In this document: positions 1 through 10,949 of the stretch, piece after piece | Layout: each line of letters opens with the position of its first letter | Numbering within the stretch: the first letter of the stretch is position 1 | Assembly: GCF_001194135.2 (NCBI RefSeq) | Contig: NC_068991.1 | Coordinates: 74,739,093 to 74,787,512, forward strand | DNA length: 48,420 nucleotides | Source: Octopus bimaculoides | Taxonomy: Eukaryota | Direction of reading: 5' to 3' | The notes under the pieces: model-generated | What the model was told of the DNA's origin: nothing | Seen by the model: only the letters and a program-made list of their open reading frames with translations | Database searches by the model: none | Translations under genes and position numbers: made by a program

Positions 1-259
1 TATATTATATTATATTATATTATATTATATTATATTATTGTGCTTTTAATTATTAATTTTTCTATATGTGATAGTGGATTTTCATCGATGAGTTCTTGAA
101 AATTGGTTATTTTCCCTAAAACTATATATTTTATATATACTTTATCTATAAGGCTCAATTTAATTTTAATTTTTTATAAATTGATTTTAATTGAGTTTTT
201 TACCTGTAATTTTGGATTTTGTCCCTAATATTATTATATATATATATATATATATATAT

Positions 260-474
260 ACCAGAGTAAGCACATAAATAGTACTCGAATACTGGAGGTA
301 GAGTAATATGCTTCATTAATAAAGCTGCAAAGATCTCACATGAAATGGTACTCAGAGTTTCATGTTTCTGTTTGTCGGACAGAACCAAATGTTCCCGTTT
401 GTTGGACAGAACCAAAACTGTACGACGAACGGGAACGTGAAACTCTGAGTAACAGCTTTTGTGATGTCTTTGCA
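260..474. mobile_element. Short palindromic repeat element with hammerhead-ribozyme-like folds (Penelope-type)
   Basis: Inverted arms at 326-382 and 418-474, each with CTGT-(C/A)CGAC(G/A)A-stem II-GAA-ACTCTGAGT-A. A decayed relative lies at 44381-44500. Confidence 0.6.
418..455 (+). ncRNA. Minimal type I hammerhead ribozyme fold, core mutated
   Basis: CUGU/ACAG helix I, core ACGACGA (consensus CUGANGA), helix II ACG-GGAA-CGU, GAA, helix III ACUC-U-GAGU, cleavage triplet GUA. Confidence 0.55.
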
Positions 475-640
475 TCTGTGTGTGTTTGTGTTTGTCACTG
501 CTTGACAGCTGGTGTTGGTTTGTTTACATCCCTGTTACCGGTGTCCCAGCATGGTTGTTGTTCAATGGCCGAAACAAGTGTTACATCCTCGTTTAACTAA
601 TTCCTGTAAAAACCATGTTTGTAACATTATCTCTTTCCAG

Positions 641-774
641 ATCGTTTTGCGAAAGTTATGATATGAAGCCCCATTCGACAAAGATTTTCCGTGATTTAGT
701 CAATGCTATTGGTTCTTTCATACAGTCAATGTTCCTAACTAACATTAGTGGATATGGATATAATTCACATGGTG
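641..774 (+). CDS. MON2: MON2 homolog, internal coding exon (first visible)
   Basis: Acceptor ctctttccAG ends at 640 and donor GTatgt starts at 775. Translates (R)[44 protein letters not shown], matching metazoan MON2 as I recall it ([31 protein letters not shown]). 134 nt, phase 2 to 1. Confidence 0.95.
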
Positions 775-1287
775 GTATGTAACCGTTTCCATTCTACGTT
801 TTCTTTGTTTGTTCATTCATTTGTTTTATGTTTGTTTTTCTATCCTGAAGTTGGTCGCGCTGGTCTTTATTTAAAAGGCAGTGTTTACCATCTTCTAAGA
901 CTATAATATCAAATGTGTCCTTTTTAAAACCACAGGATATGATTGTTTGAAGGTGATTTGGCTGCTATTTCTAGCAAATAAATAACATAGAAGTTCCCTT
1001 GTAGGATCCAACTGGTGGAACATGCAACAGTAAGGGCAGAGAGGGTGAAAACAGGCTGAAACCATGAACTCGCATCTTTCACATATCTAGGTTTCAGAGT
1101 ATTTAGAATTTACTATGTAAAATTCCCCCACCACCTGTTTGTTTTTGTTTTTTTTTACTAGCTAGTTCAAGAAGAAGGGGTCATGTTCTTAGCTTATCCT
1201 GATGTTGTTAAGGTTACATTTAAACTGTTGTAAGTCCAACAACTGCAGAAAAGACATGACCAAAGCGGTACTCCCAAAAGACCAATA

Positions 1288-1450
1288 CAGTAATTCCTTA
1301 TTATATTGCGGTTCACCTGGCGTGTTTTATTATTTAAGCTTACATCAGTTCCTCCATGGTTACGTTTTGCATTTATAATAAAATAAATATATACAAATTA
1401 TAAAAATAATTAAAAAAAAATATACAGTACACTAATGTTTCTACTTCACG
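1288..1450 (+). mobile_element. Tigger/pogo-like MITE, 3'-truncated
   Basis: Starts TA|CAGTAATTCCTTATTATATTGCGG. The body (ttattatttaagctta...tatacaaattataaaaataattaaaaaaa) aligns with the element at 15538-15895. Confidence 0.7.
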
Positions 1451-1569
1451 TCATTGTTATTCCTAGAATGACATTGAAGAATAAGTGTGACAAGCCAGAT
1501 CTGGTCAGATTGATCATAAAACCGGTTGAATATTTGGTCTGGTTATGGCCAGTTCAAATGCTAATGGGT

Positions 1570-1697
1570 TAAGTTGATGTTTGGAACATAAATTACCACA
1601 AAATTTTTAATGGGAAATTTTAATTGAGTCCAATCTAAAACATGGAGTTTGTATCTTAGATCTGAGGGTGTTCTTGGACAGGTTGGTATCAAAAGGG
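1570..1697 (+). mobile_element. TTAA-flanked MITE, 3' half
   Basis: Ends ggttggtatcaaaaggg|TTAA like the full copies at 13187 and 41632. Confidence 0.65.
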
Positions 1698-1725
1698 TTA
1701 AATAAGTGGATGTGAAGAAAATATA

Positions 1726-1888
1726 CCATATTTTAACATGTATAAGGTACCTTATTTTATCAAAAATTAAGTTAAAAAAATATGGTAGTTTCTTATACAT
1801 GGATAGTATTATAATCCCTTACAAAACCTTTCTCCCAAATTTTAAGCCCCCCCAAATTAGGGGATTCCTTATACATGTTAAAATATGG
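1726..1888. mobile_element. Tc1/mariner-superfamily MITE (Tc2/Kanga-like termini)
   Basis: Perfect 22-bp TIR CCATATTTTAACATGTATAAGG at 1726-1747 and 1867-1888, with TA on both sides. Confidence 0.8.
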
Positions 1889-1994
1889 TAATTCTTGCTG
1901 TAATTAATTATTTGTAATTAAAAACTGTTTTATTCAAAATGTTTCAGTTTGTATTCTTGTTGTAAATGTTATTTATTTGTTCTGTCTTCTGCAG

Positions 1995-2148
1995 TTTCCA
2001 AGGGCCAGGACATGCAGGGAACACCCCCAGCACTAGTGGGGGGTCTGCCTGTAGGGAGTGGTGTCTCTCCACAGCCAGCTTTCATGTACCGTGGCATCTG
2101 GATTCCGTTTATCCTTACCATACCCCAGGGACAGACCAAATCAGTATT
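1995..2148 (+). CDS. MON2: MON2 homolog, internal coding exon
   Basis: Acceptor tcttctgcAG ends at 1994 and donor GTaagt starts at 2149. Translates VSKGQDMQGTPPALVGGLPVGSGVSPQPAFMYRGIWIPFILTIPQGQTKSV, resembling MON2 [30 protein letters not shown]. Phase 1 to 2, joins the previous exon in frame. Confidence 0.95.
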
Positions 2149-3354
2149 GTAAGTTGGATTGTTTTTATCATTGTCTATTTGAATAATTAAAAATAATTTG
2201 TTGCTTCCTAATTAGAATTGCACTTACTTTCATAAGTGCTCCACTTTTGACTTACCATAAAAGTTTCAATTTTAATTCATTCATGATTTAAGTGGTTTGT
2301 GGAGTAATTAATAATTCTCTGTTGTATCTGGGGAGAGTCATTGTCTTTTAGTGCCTTGTAATTTAACACACTCACCGGTGAAATTTCCATTCATTTACTA
2401 TTGAAAAGGTTGTAAGACGCAACAAAAATTTTAGAAAAATAAAGAAGTAAATGAATGGAAATTTTACCAGTGAGTGTGTTGAATTATAAGGCACTAAAAG
2501 AGAATGACTCTCCCCAGACACAACAAAATATGCTTCAGCACACAAACTCACATAAAGAATCTTGCAAACCAAATCTAAAAACGAAATAATTATTTCTCAT
2601 TTCTGTAAATCCTAATTGAGCTTCTTTGCAAAATGTCAAGTTTGCCCAGATTTTTCTTGTTTAAATTTTCCTTTTTCTTTTGAATAGATCACATCATAAG
2701 TTTTATCTGTAGAAATATTGTGATGTAATTCATGATTGTAGTTTCCTAGAACTGGTTACAGTTTCTACTTTGCAAATTTTCACCTATATTGGTGGGTTTT
2801 TAGAACATAAACACCCACGAGGGATCACCGTAATTATTTCAAAACACACAAACTCTGGTCAAAATCCTCTGTGACCAAGTCACTGACACAATTCCACCGC
2901 ATCTGTTCGAAATTTATTTAATGGTCAGCTCCTTTAGGCTTCTGGGTTCTTTTTCCCCCCTCTTTCTTATTGAACTTACAGCCATATGGGTCTGTTTGTA
3001 TTCGTTGTGACCCCCTCAAGAAGCAAATGCAAAGTGAGAATTTAACGCTTTTTGTGTTTTCAAACGGCTTAATTGGTTCTTCCATGATGTGATTGTAGGA
3101 AAAAGTATTTTCACTTTTGTGATACGTAAAATACCATCAACCCATCAGTCAGTCAGGATATTATAACGGGGAAAAGAACGGAGTAGAAAGCTGTGTGTGT
3201 TTGGGTGCACGTAATTTCGTATTCTGTTGTTTTGGTCAAATATTTCTTTTCCTTGAACATTGCGTCAATGTTGATTTCTTTCCAAAGTGAATTACTTCCC
3301 TTGCATTAAAATTTCAGATTCCAAACCCGTAATCTTCCTAAGTTAGTATTTTAA

Positions 3355-3581
3355 CCCATTCATGACCATCGTCCGTTTAAACTGACCCTTAATTTATAAA
3401 GGTATAAAACAAATACTTAATACAAATTGTGATTTGTGTATGATCTGTATCAAAGAATAAAACATGTTCTTAATACGTATGCAGTCTGTATCAAGCAGAT
3501 TTCAATGAAATTCTTTTCAGTTGTTATTTTGGTTAAAATACAAGTATCTGTGAAATTTCGGGCAATTTCCGCTCGAATGGG
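3355..3581. mobile_element. piggyBac-like MITE, second family
   Basis: TTAA|CCCATTC ... GAATGGG|TTAA, 227 bp. Confidence 0.6.
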
Positions 3582-3907
3582 TTAATCCGTCACTGAGGCT
3601 AGACTGCCCCATCCTCCACGACACACTTTTAATCTGGCACTTAGGCTAGAACGTCCCTCGCTCCTCGACCTACGTATATTCCTGCGCTTAGTCTAGACTA
3701 CCTACCCTGCACGATGTACATCAGCCCCCCCCCATTCCATGTTAAACATAATTGCAGAGGCACAGGTGTGGCTGTGGTGTGTTTGTGGCTTTAGGTTCAG
3801 TTTGACTCTGTGGCACCATGGTTAATTGTCTTTGGTTATATCTCTGGGACAGCCAGTGCCTTATAAGGGAATTTGAAAGACAGAAAATTTAGGAAGTTTT
3901 GTATATA

Positions 3908-4577
3908 CAAGGGGAAGTCAACAATTATTCGCAATTTTGCCTTAACATATCTCTATTATTGTCACACTGCCTTCTGCATGTGCTTGCTTACAGTTCGTAC
4001 TATTGTGGTCAAATAGTCAAAGTTTGAGCCTGATCATGCCATTTTTCTTTCTGGCTTCACAGTGTAAGCATGGCCACTCCACTTGCAATGTGCTCCAAAG
4101 AAGAACAAAGAGCAGTGATTCGAGAGATAATAATGGTGAACCATTTCACCATTACCACCTCTCGAGCTTGCTGAGTCTTCTCGTCAGTGGTGGGGGGTTG
4201 ACGGGTGTCCTGCTCCCTCTTTGTGTATCACGCTTGTCTGGCCCCTTTTAAACTTCTCGATCCACTCATACACACTTCTATGTGGTGATGCACTGTCCCC
4301 GTATTGTGCTAAAAGCCTCTGATGAATTTCAGCACCTGACACACCTTCTGACCAAAGAAATCCGATCACTACTCTTTGTTCTTCTTTGGTGGACATTGCT
4401 AGTGGAGCAGCCATGCTTACACTGTAAAGCCAGAAAGAAAAATGGTGTGATCTGGCTCAAACTTTGATTACTTGGCCACAAGAGTACCAACTACAAGCAT
4501 GCGTGCGCAGAATGCAGTGTTGTCAATAATAAAGATATGTTATGGTGAAAGTACAGATAATTTTTGACTTCCCCTTG
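3908..4577 (-). mobile_element. Non-autonomous mariner derivative with two 5' ends (fold-back)
   Basis: TIR CAAGGGGAAGTCAA(C/A)AATTAT matches at 20/21 with TA on both sides. Minus ORF 4184-4414 MAAPLAMSTKEEQRVVIGFLWSEGVSGAEIHQRLLAQYGDSASPHRSVYEWIEKFKRG is a mariner N-terminal HTH. The plus arm encodes MATPLAMCSKEEQRAVIR. Confidence 0.88.
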
Positions 4578-5464
4578 TATACGCATAAATATATGTGTGT
4601 GTATGTCATGCTAGTGTGTTTGTCTCTGCATATATTAGAATTTACATCCTGTTTTATCAAGAAGTCCTGTAGTTTGACATTGCAATCACCTGGAATAAAT
4701 TACTTTACTTGAAAAGCAAGTTAAGGAATTGGGGACTGGAAGGATATCTGGCCTTAGAATGTTGGTTTCAAATTTTGGCACAAATTTCAGGGCAGGGAGT
4801 AAGTTGATTACATCGACCCCAGTGCTCAACAGACACTTAGCTTAACAACCCTGAATGAATGGAAGGCAAAGTTGACTTCGGTGGCATTTGAACCCAGAAT
4901 ATGAAAGAGAGACGAAATGCTTCTAAGCATTTTGCCTGGTGTGGTAACAAATCTGCCAGCTTGCTTCTTTATCCAACCTTAGAATAAAGGAAGTCCTATC
5001 TAACCATTGCTAACATGGGAAAAGTGGTGTTGATGACAATGGACTCATCTTCAGAACACATCCTTGCTTTGAATTTTGTGGTTCTGTTTTATTTTTTCCC
5101 GTTAAGGATGTAGTATTTGAATTGTCAAGAATCATTAACAATAAGCTTTATGGGTTAATGTCCCAGGCTTCAGTGGAATGTAGAAGTGAAGTAGTATTGT
5201 TCAATATTTATTATTGGACTGACAGAAGAAACAAAAAAAAAAAAAACAACGATAAAAAATGTTTATCAATTTGTGTTGAATGACTCCTAATGTGAAGCCG
5301 TGTGTTGAAACAGATATTTCAGGACAGTAATTTTATCTTCTTTTTTCTGCCAAATAAACACATGTGCTATAATATATGCATTCTTCACTCATTTGTTACT
5401 GTTCTTACCCTAATTCATGTCCATTGTTTAGGAAAACATGCTTTCATCAAAGTTTGTATAGGCA

Positions 5465-5639
5465 TGAAAAAAGCACCCACTCCACTCTGCTGAGTGGTTG
5501 GTGTTAGGAAGGGCATCCAGCTGTAGACACTTTGCCGGATCAGATAGCAATCTGGTGCAGCCTTCTGGCTTGCCAGCCCTCAGTCAAACCATCCAACCCA
5601 TGCCAGCATGGAAAGTGGACGTTAAACGACGATGATGAT
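5465..5639 (+). mobile_element. 5'-truncated RTE LINE 3' end with (GAT)n tail
   Basis: gagtggttggtgttaggaagggcatccagctgtag...gacgttaaacgacgatgatg, same family as 34449-35001. Confidence 0.75.
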
Positions 5640-6884
5640 TATAATTAATTAAAACAGCAAGCTAGTAGAATCATTATGGTGCCAGATGAAATACTTAACA
5701 GCATTTTTTCTGACTTTATTTTATTCTGAATTCAAATACCTCTGGGATTGACTTTGCCTTTCATCCTTTCATGGTCGATAAAATAAGTACCAGTTGCATA
5801 CTGGGGTCGATGTACTTGACTTACTCCCTCCCCTGGTGCCAAAATTTGAAATCAGTATCTTTATAATCAATCATTAGTCACCATATATTCATCATGTGTT
5901 GATTTTGGGGTGATTTGAAAGAGATTTCTTGACCATTTTTTACCTATGAGCCCGTTTGATTACCATTTTATTCTGCTGGACCCTCCATAGTCATTCAGTG
6001 TTTAAAAACAAGTTTTATAGAAAGTTCTTTCCAGATTCCTATTTTGTTTTCTCCACATTAACCTGTGTAGGTTGAAGTCTGCAAAATGTTAGAGAAAGGA
6101 ACCCAGCTGTTTCTTGCAATAAATACCAATACATACATCTAAAACAAATTCTTTTCAGGGGCCCTTAAAATACTGTCGTGTATCCCCTATTTACTATTTG
6201 TTTGTGTGGACCCCGAAAATCTTATATGGACCTTGGTTGAGACCCACTGATCTAACCACTAAAGCACACACACACACACACACACAGCGTCTTTCAGTTT
6301 CTGTCTACCAAATCTACTCACAAGGGCTTTGGTCAGTTTGGGGGCTATAGTAGAAGGCAATTGAGCTAGGTGCCATGTAGTAGGACTGAACCCAGAACCA
6401 TGTGGTTGGGAAGCAGACTTCTTAACTACACAGCCACTCCTGCACTTAGAAGTTTTAAGAAATAACTTTTACAAACAGTCTTGGATTCTACAGAGTTTTG
6501 ATTGTTTGATTTGTTGAAATTCCTCGATGCCACCATTGCCAAACTTTTATAACAGATCCTTGTTGATTTGTCTTTTTAAGCAATCGACTTTCTTATTCTC
6601 AATAAACAGAAAAACAATATCTTTGGTCTTTGCCAACTTAAGGATAAGAAGCACATTCGATAAAAAGAATGAATTTTCTTTTACAAGTATGAGTGTATTA
6701 TATATGGATATGTGTGTGTGTATGTGTAGGTATATATGTATGTATGTGTGTATAAGTATATATATGTATGTATGTATGGATATATTTATATATATATAGG
6801 TATGTATGTGTAGATATAGAGATGCATGTACAGAGGCATGTGTATATATACATATATTATGCACTCACACACACATAATATATT

Positions 6885-6939
<55 letters not shown>

Positions 6940-7427
6940 NNNNNNNNNNNNNNNNNNNNNNNNNNNNNNNNNNNNNNNNNNNNNNNNNNNNNNNNNNNNN
7001 NNNNNNNNNNNNNNNNNNNNNNNNNNNNNNNNNNNNNNNNNNNNNNNNNNNNNNNNNNNNNNNNNNNNNNNNNNNNNNNNNNNNNNNNNNNNNNNNNNNN
7101 NNNNNNNNNNNNNNNNNNNNNNNNNNNNNNNNNNNNNNNNNNNNNNNNNNNNNNNNNNNNNNNNNNNNNNNNNNNNNNNNNNNNNNNNNNNNNNNNNNNN
7201 NNNNNNNNNNNNNNNNNNNNNNNNNNNNNNNNNNNNNNNNNNNNNNNNNNNNNNNNNNNNNNNNNNNNNNNNNNNNNNNNNNNNNNNNNNNNNNNNNNNN
7301 NNNNNNNNNNNNNNNNNNNNNNNNNNNNNNNNNNNNNNNNNNNNNNNNNNNNNNNNNNNNNNNNNNNNNNNNNNNNNNNNNNNNNNNNNNNNNNNNNNNN
7401 NNNNNNNNNNNNNNNNNNNNNNNNNNN
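6940..7427. other. Assembly gap
   Basis: Run of N. Other gaps: 10321-10330, 12236-12335, 24075-about 24314, 25075-25084, 26676-27250, 32254-32577, 34880-34889, 44845-45343. Confidence 0.99.
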
Positions 7428-7435
7428 ATAATCAT

Positions 7436-7485
<50 letters not shown>

Positions 7486-8089
7486 ATAATAATAATTTTA
7501 TATATATATATACTTGTGGTATGGGAGATACTTCAATCGTTATTCCATATTGTATCTGTTATATGCATTAATGTTCTTCAAATTGAACCAATCCTCAGAG
7601 CTCATCTATGCTTTCAATTTTGTCATATTGTTTTCCTTTTTCTTTGGCTTTTTATATCTACTAAGGCCGTAATATTTGAATTGTCAACAATTATTAACAA
7701 TAGGCTCATAGGGTTAATGCCCTGGGCTTCTGTGAAGTCGTGAAGTGAAGTAGTATTTTTCAGTATTTGATATTGGAATGGCAGAATGAAAAGAAGAATA
7801 AAAAATGTTTTGGAAAATACACTTTCAACAAAGTTTGTATTGCAAATCAATTTTAGTCAGTGTGTATATTATTTGTTTGTTTGTTCATGTAAAGTCTATT
7901 TTTTTCTTGCTGGCATGGCTTAGATGGAGAGGTACTTGAAGAATTATGATTACGGATGGATGTTCTTCCTATCATTAACTCTTACTTGGTTTGTAAGTCA
8001 GGGGTATAAGAGTTTTTTTTTTTGCATTTCCTGCAGAATTTTAAAAGTGAAGGTGCGTAGCTAATAAATGGACTGTCGACAGGAAATGT

Positions 8090-8666
8090 GAACAAACTCC
8101 ATGGGTTGCAGCCACAAAAGTTGATGGCACTGTTTGTTGCTGTAACTCAATGCACATTGTAAATATTCCTACAGATACAGATACTGGGTCCTCCTGCTTG
8201 TGTGGCAGGGTGCAGAGTCCTGTTGCCAGAGATAGGGTCTTCCAGCAGCCACCCTCTTCACCCAGGGCAACACTACCTCCTCCAGGCACTTGATGTAGGC
8301 CTCTCTGTTGAGGTTGAGGCCATGTGGGAAGATGAATGTAGGCATAACGTTGCCATCACTAGTGATCACTCCAAACATCTTGATGTTGACTGGATGTTTG
8401 ATTTTTATCATCCTCAGTACATGTTCGTATTTATACATGTTCATATTCATACATGTTCATATTGGAACTTCTTGCATAAATGCCAAGCAGTACAGCATGT
8501 CATTTCCAAATTTCTGGCAGAGTGAATTGTGTGATGGTGCTGTTTTTCTCACAGGCATTGCCCAACTGACCCTACTATACTATGTAGCCAACAAAATCAA
8601 AACCATACACTGCACATGCACAAAATTAAAAGTATAAAATGGCGACAATTTACCCATCGCACCCTG
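8090..8666 (-). mobile_element. Tc1/mariner transposon relic, maT (DD37D)-like, internally deleted
   Basis: Minus ORF 8169-8450 KHPVNIKMFGVITSDGNVMPTFIFPHGLNLNREAYIKCLEEVVLPWVKRVAAGRPYLWQQDSAPCHTSRRTQ contains the QQDSAP catalytic segment. A terminus-like CAGGGTGCGATGGGTAAATTGTCGCC begins at 8666. Confidence 0.8.
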
Positions 8667-9353
8667 TGTGTGTGTGTGTGTGTGCATATAGTCTTATGAT
8701 GGTTAGTAAACCAAAATTTCAAAGTCACTGTCAGCATTTCGTTTGTAAAGATTCATAAATATGGCACTTAACTAAAAAGTACTTAGCGATCCTTCAATTC
8801 AATATTTGACTATTTTTATATATAACTTTATATTAAAACAAACATTTATATACATACATACATACATACATAATATATGTGTGTGTGTGTGTGTGTATGA
8901 GTGTGTGTAAGTGTCTTGTTTGATATGTGAGGAAGGAATTGGCTGGAATTAATTGTAATCTAGTGAATGGTATTGATTAGTGCCTAAACAGTAAGATCTG
9001 CTGAAGATTTATGCATTTATGTAATCTCTGAAACTCTAATATAACTATCCCTGTTAGCTACCAGAGTTTGAATTATCTGCGGTGCTTAGAAGTTCTTGCA
9101 TCTATTTGCCCCAACAGAATATGTCTTTATAAATGAAAAGTTATCTATGCTGTTGGAAGTGGTATGTTATATAGCCATGAAAATTGGCCTGCAAGATCTG
9201 CACAAGATCTGCACAAGATCTGCAGTGTTGTTAGCTTTGGTGCCATTTAGCTTTGGGTCTACCTACTTTGAACATATCCATGATCAAAAATACCCCAGCT
9301 TTGATTGGTCATCCTGTCTTCTTTGTATATCCAGGCATACATTGTCCAATGTG

Positions 9354-9732
9354 GAGGTGCAATGGCCCAGTGGTTAGGGCAGCGGACTCGCTGTCATAGG
9401 ATCGCGGTTTCGATTCCCAGATCGGGTGTTGTGAGTGTTTATTGAGCGAAAACACCTAAAGCTCTACGAGGCTCCGGCAGGGGATGGTGGCGAACCCTGC
9501 TGTACTCTTTCACCACAACTTTCTCTCACTCTTACTTCCTGTTTCTGTTGTGCCTGTAATTCAAAGGGCCAGCCTTGTCACACTGTGTCCCGCTGAATAT
9601 CCCCGCGAACTACGTTAAGGGTACAAGTGTCTGTGGAGTGCTCAGCCACTTGCACGTTAATTTCACGAGCAGGCTGTTCCGTTGATCGGATCAACTGGAA
9701 CCCTCGACGTCGTAAGCAACGGAGTGCCAACA
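9354..9732 (+). mobile_element. Full-length tRNA-derived SINE with 15-bp target-site duplication
   Basis: Box A TGGCCCAGTGG (9363), box B GGTTTCGATTCCC (9406), CAA tail. TSD ACATTGTCCAATGTG at 9339-9353 and 9733-9747. Confidence 0.88.
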
Positions 9733-10257
9733 ACATTGTCCAATGTGTCCATCAGTTTTTAAATCAGCAGAGTTTGATTTCACCAAGGTTTGACTGCTAT
9801 TTCTAACAGCTTGAGCAACCATCTAGAGGCTTCTTCCTTGGTTTGTCCTGCATTGTTTGAAGAATGATGGTGATTGGTCCTTTGGATGGCATGATGCAAA
9901 ATAAAAATAATGCGTTATTCATGGTACTTATTAATAACACAAAACCATTCAAATGGTGATTTTAATTACAAAGACTGAGGTTATGTTGATGATGATGGTG
10001 GTGGTAGGGGTAGTGGTGGTGATGACTGTGTGGGTCAGATGTTTTCCTCACAACGATATGCATCTGTGTTCAGTCCTGCTGCAAGTATCTTGGGCAGATG
10101 TCTTATGCCACAGGCTTTAGCTGGCCAATGCCCAAGTCTGTTGAATGGAATTTGGTAGAAGAGAGCTGTGGGGAAGCCTATTGTGTGTATATACCACTTT
10201 CCTTATAGTTAGCCAGTATATCAGTCTACTCTCTCTCTCTCTCTTTCTCTCTTTCTT

Positions 10258-10320
<63 letters not shown>

Positions 10321-10344
10321 NNNNNNNNNNATATATATATATAT

Positions 10345-10549
10345 ATATTCTTTTATACCTTTATTCTTTTACTTGTTTCAGTCATTTGACTGCTGCCATG
10401 CTGGAGCACCACCTTTAGTCGAACAAATCAACTCCAGAACTTATCCTTTCTATCGGCCTCTTTTGCTGAACCGCTAAGTTACAGAGACATAAACACACCA
10501 ACATCGGTTGTCAAGTGAAGGGGGACATACACAGACACACAAACACACA

Positions 10550-10588
<39 letters not shown>

Positions 10589-10750
10589 GACAGGCTTCTT
10601 TCAGTTTCCATCTACCAAATCCACTCACAAGGCTCTGGTTGGCCCGAGGCCATAGTAGAAGATACTTGCCCAAGGTGCCATGCAGTGGGACTGAACCCAG
10701 AACCATGTGGTTGGTAAGCAAGCTTCTTACCACACAGCCACCCCTCCGCT
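10345..10750 (-). mobile_element. tRNA-derived SINE with internal (CA/TA)n, near full length
   Basis: Reverse complement of the family seen at 20397-20812. Confidence 0.8.
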
Positions 10751-10912
10751 TATATATATATATATATATATATGACTTATTTTTAGGTGTTTTTTTACAT
10801 CAGGCATAGAGAGAATCTATTCTCTTATGCCTAAAAGCTGCAGCTGACCCACGAATTATCAGCACATCTATCTTGTGCATGTGTGTTCAATTTTATATAT
10901 GTATATATACTC

Positions 10913-10949
<37 letters not shown>

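Noticed and set aside
6527-7571. Long ORFs rich in YI, CV, TH or X here and at 12059-12533, 24059-25193, 26554-27425, 32190-32640 and 44684-45670
   Set aside because: They are translations of dinucleotide microsatellites and N-gaps, with no coding signal.
9190-9224. 11-bp unit CAAGATCTGCA repeated three times
   Set aside because: Ordinary short slippage duplication with nothing suggesting function.
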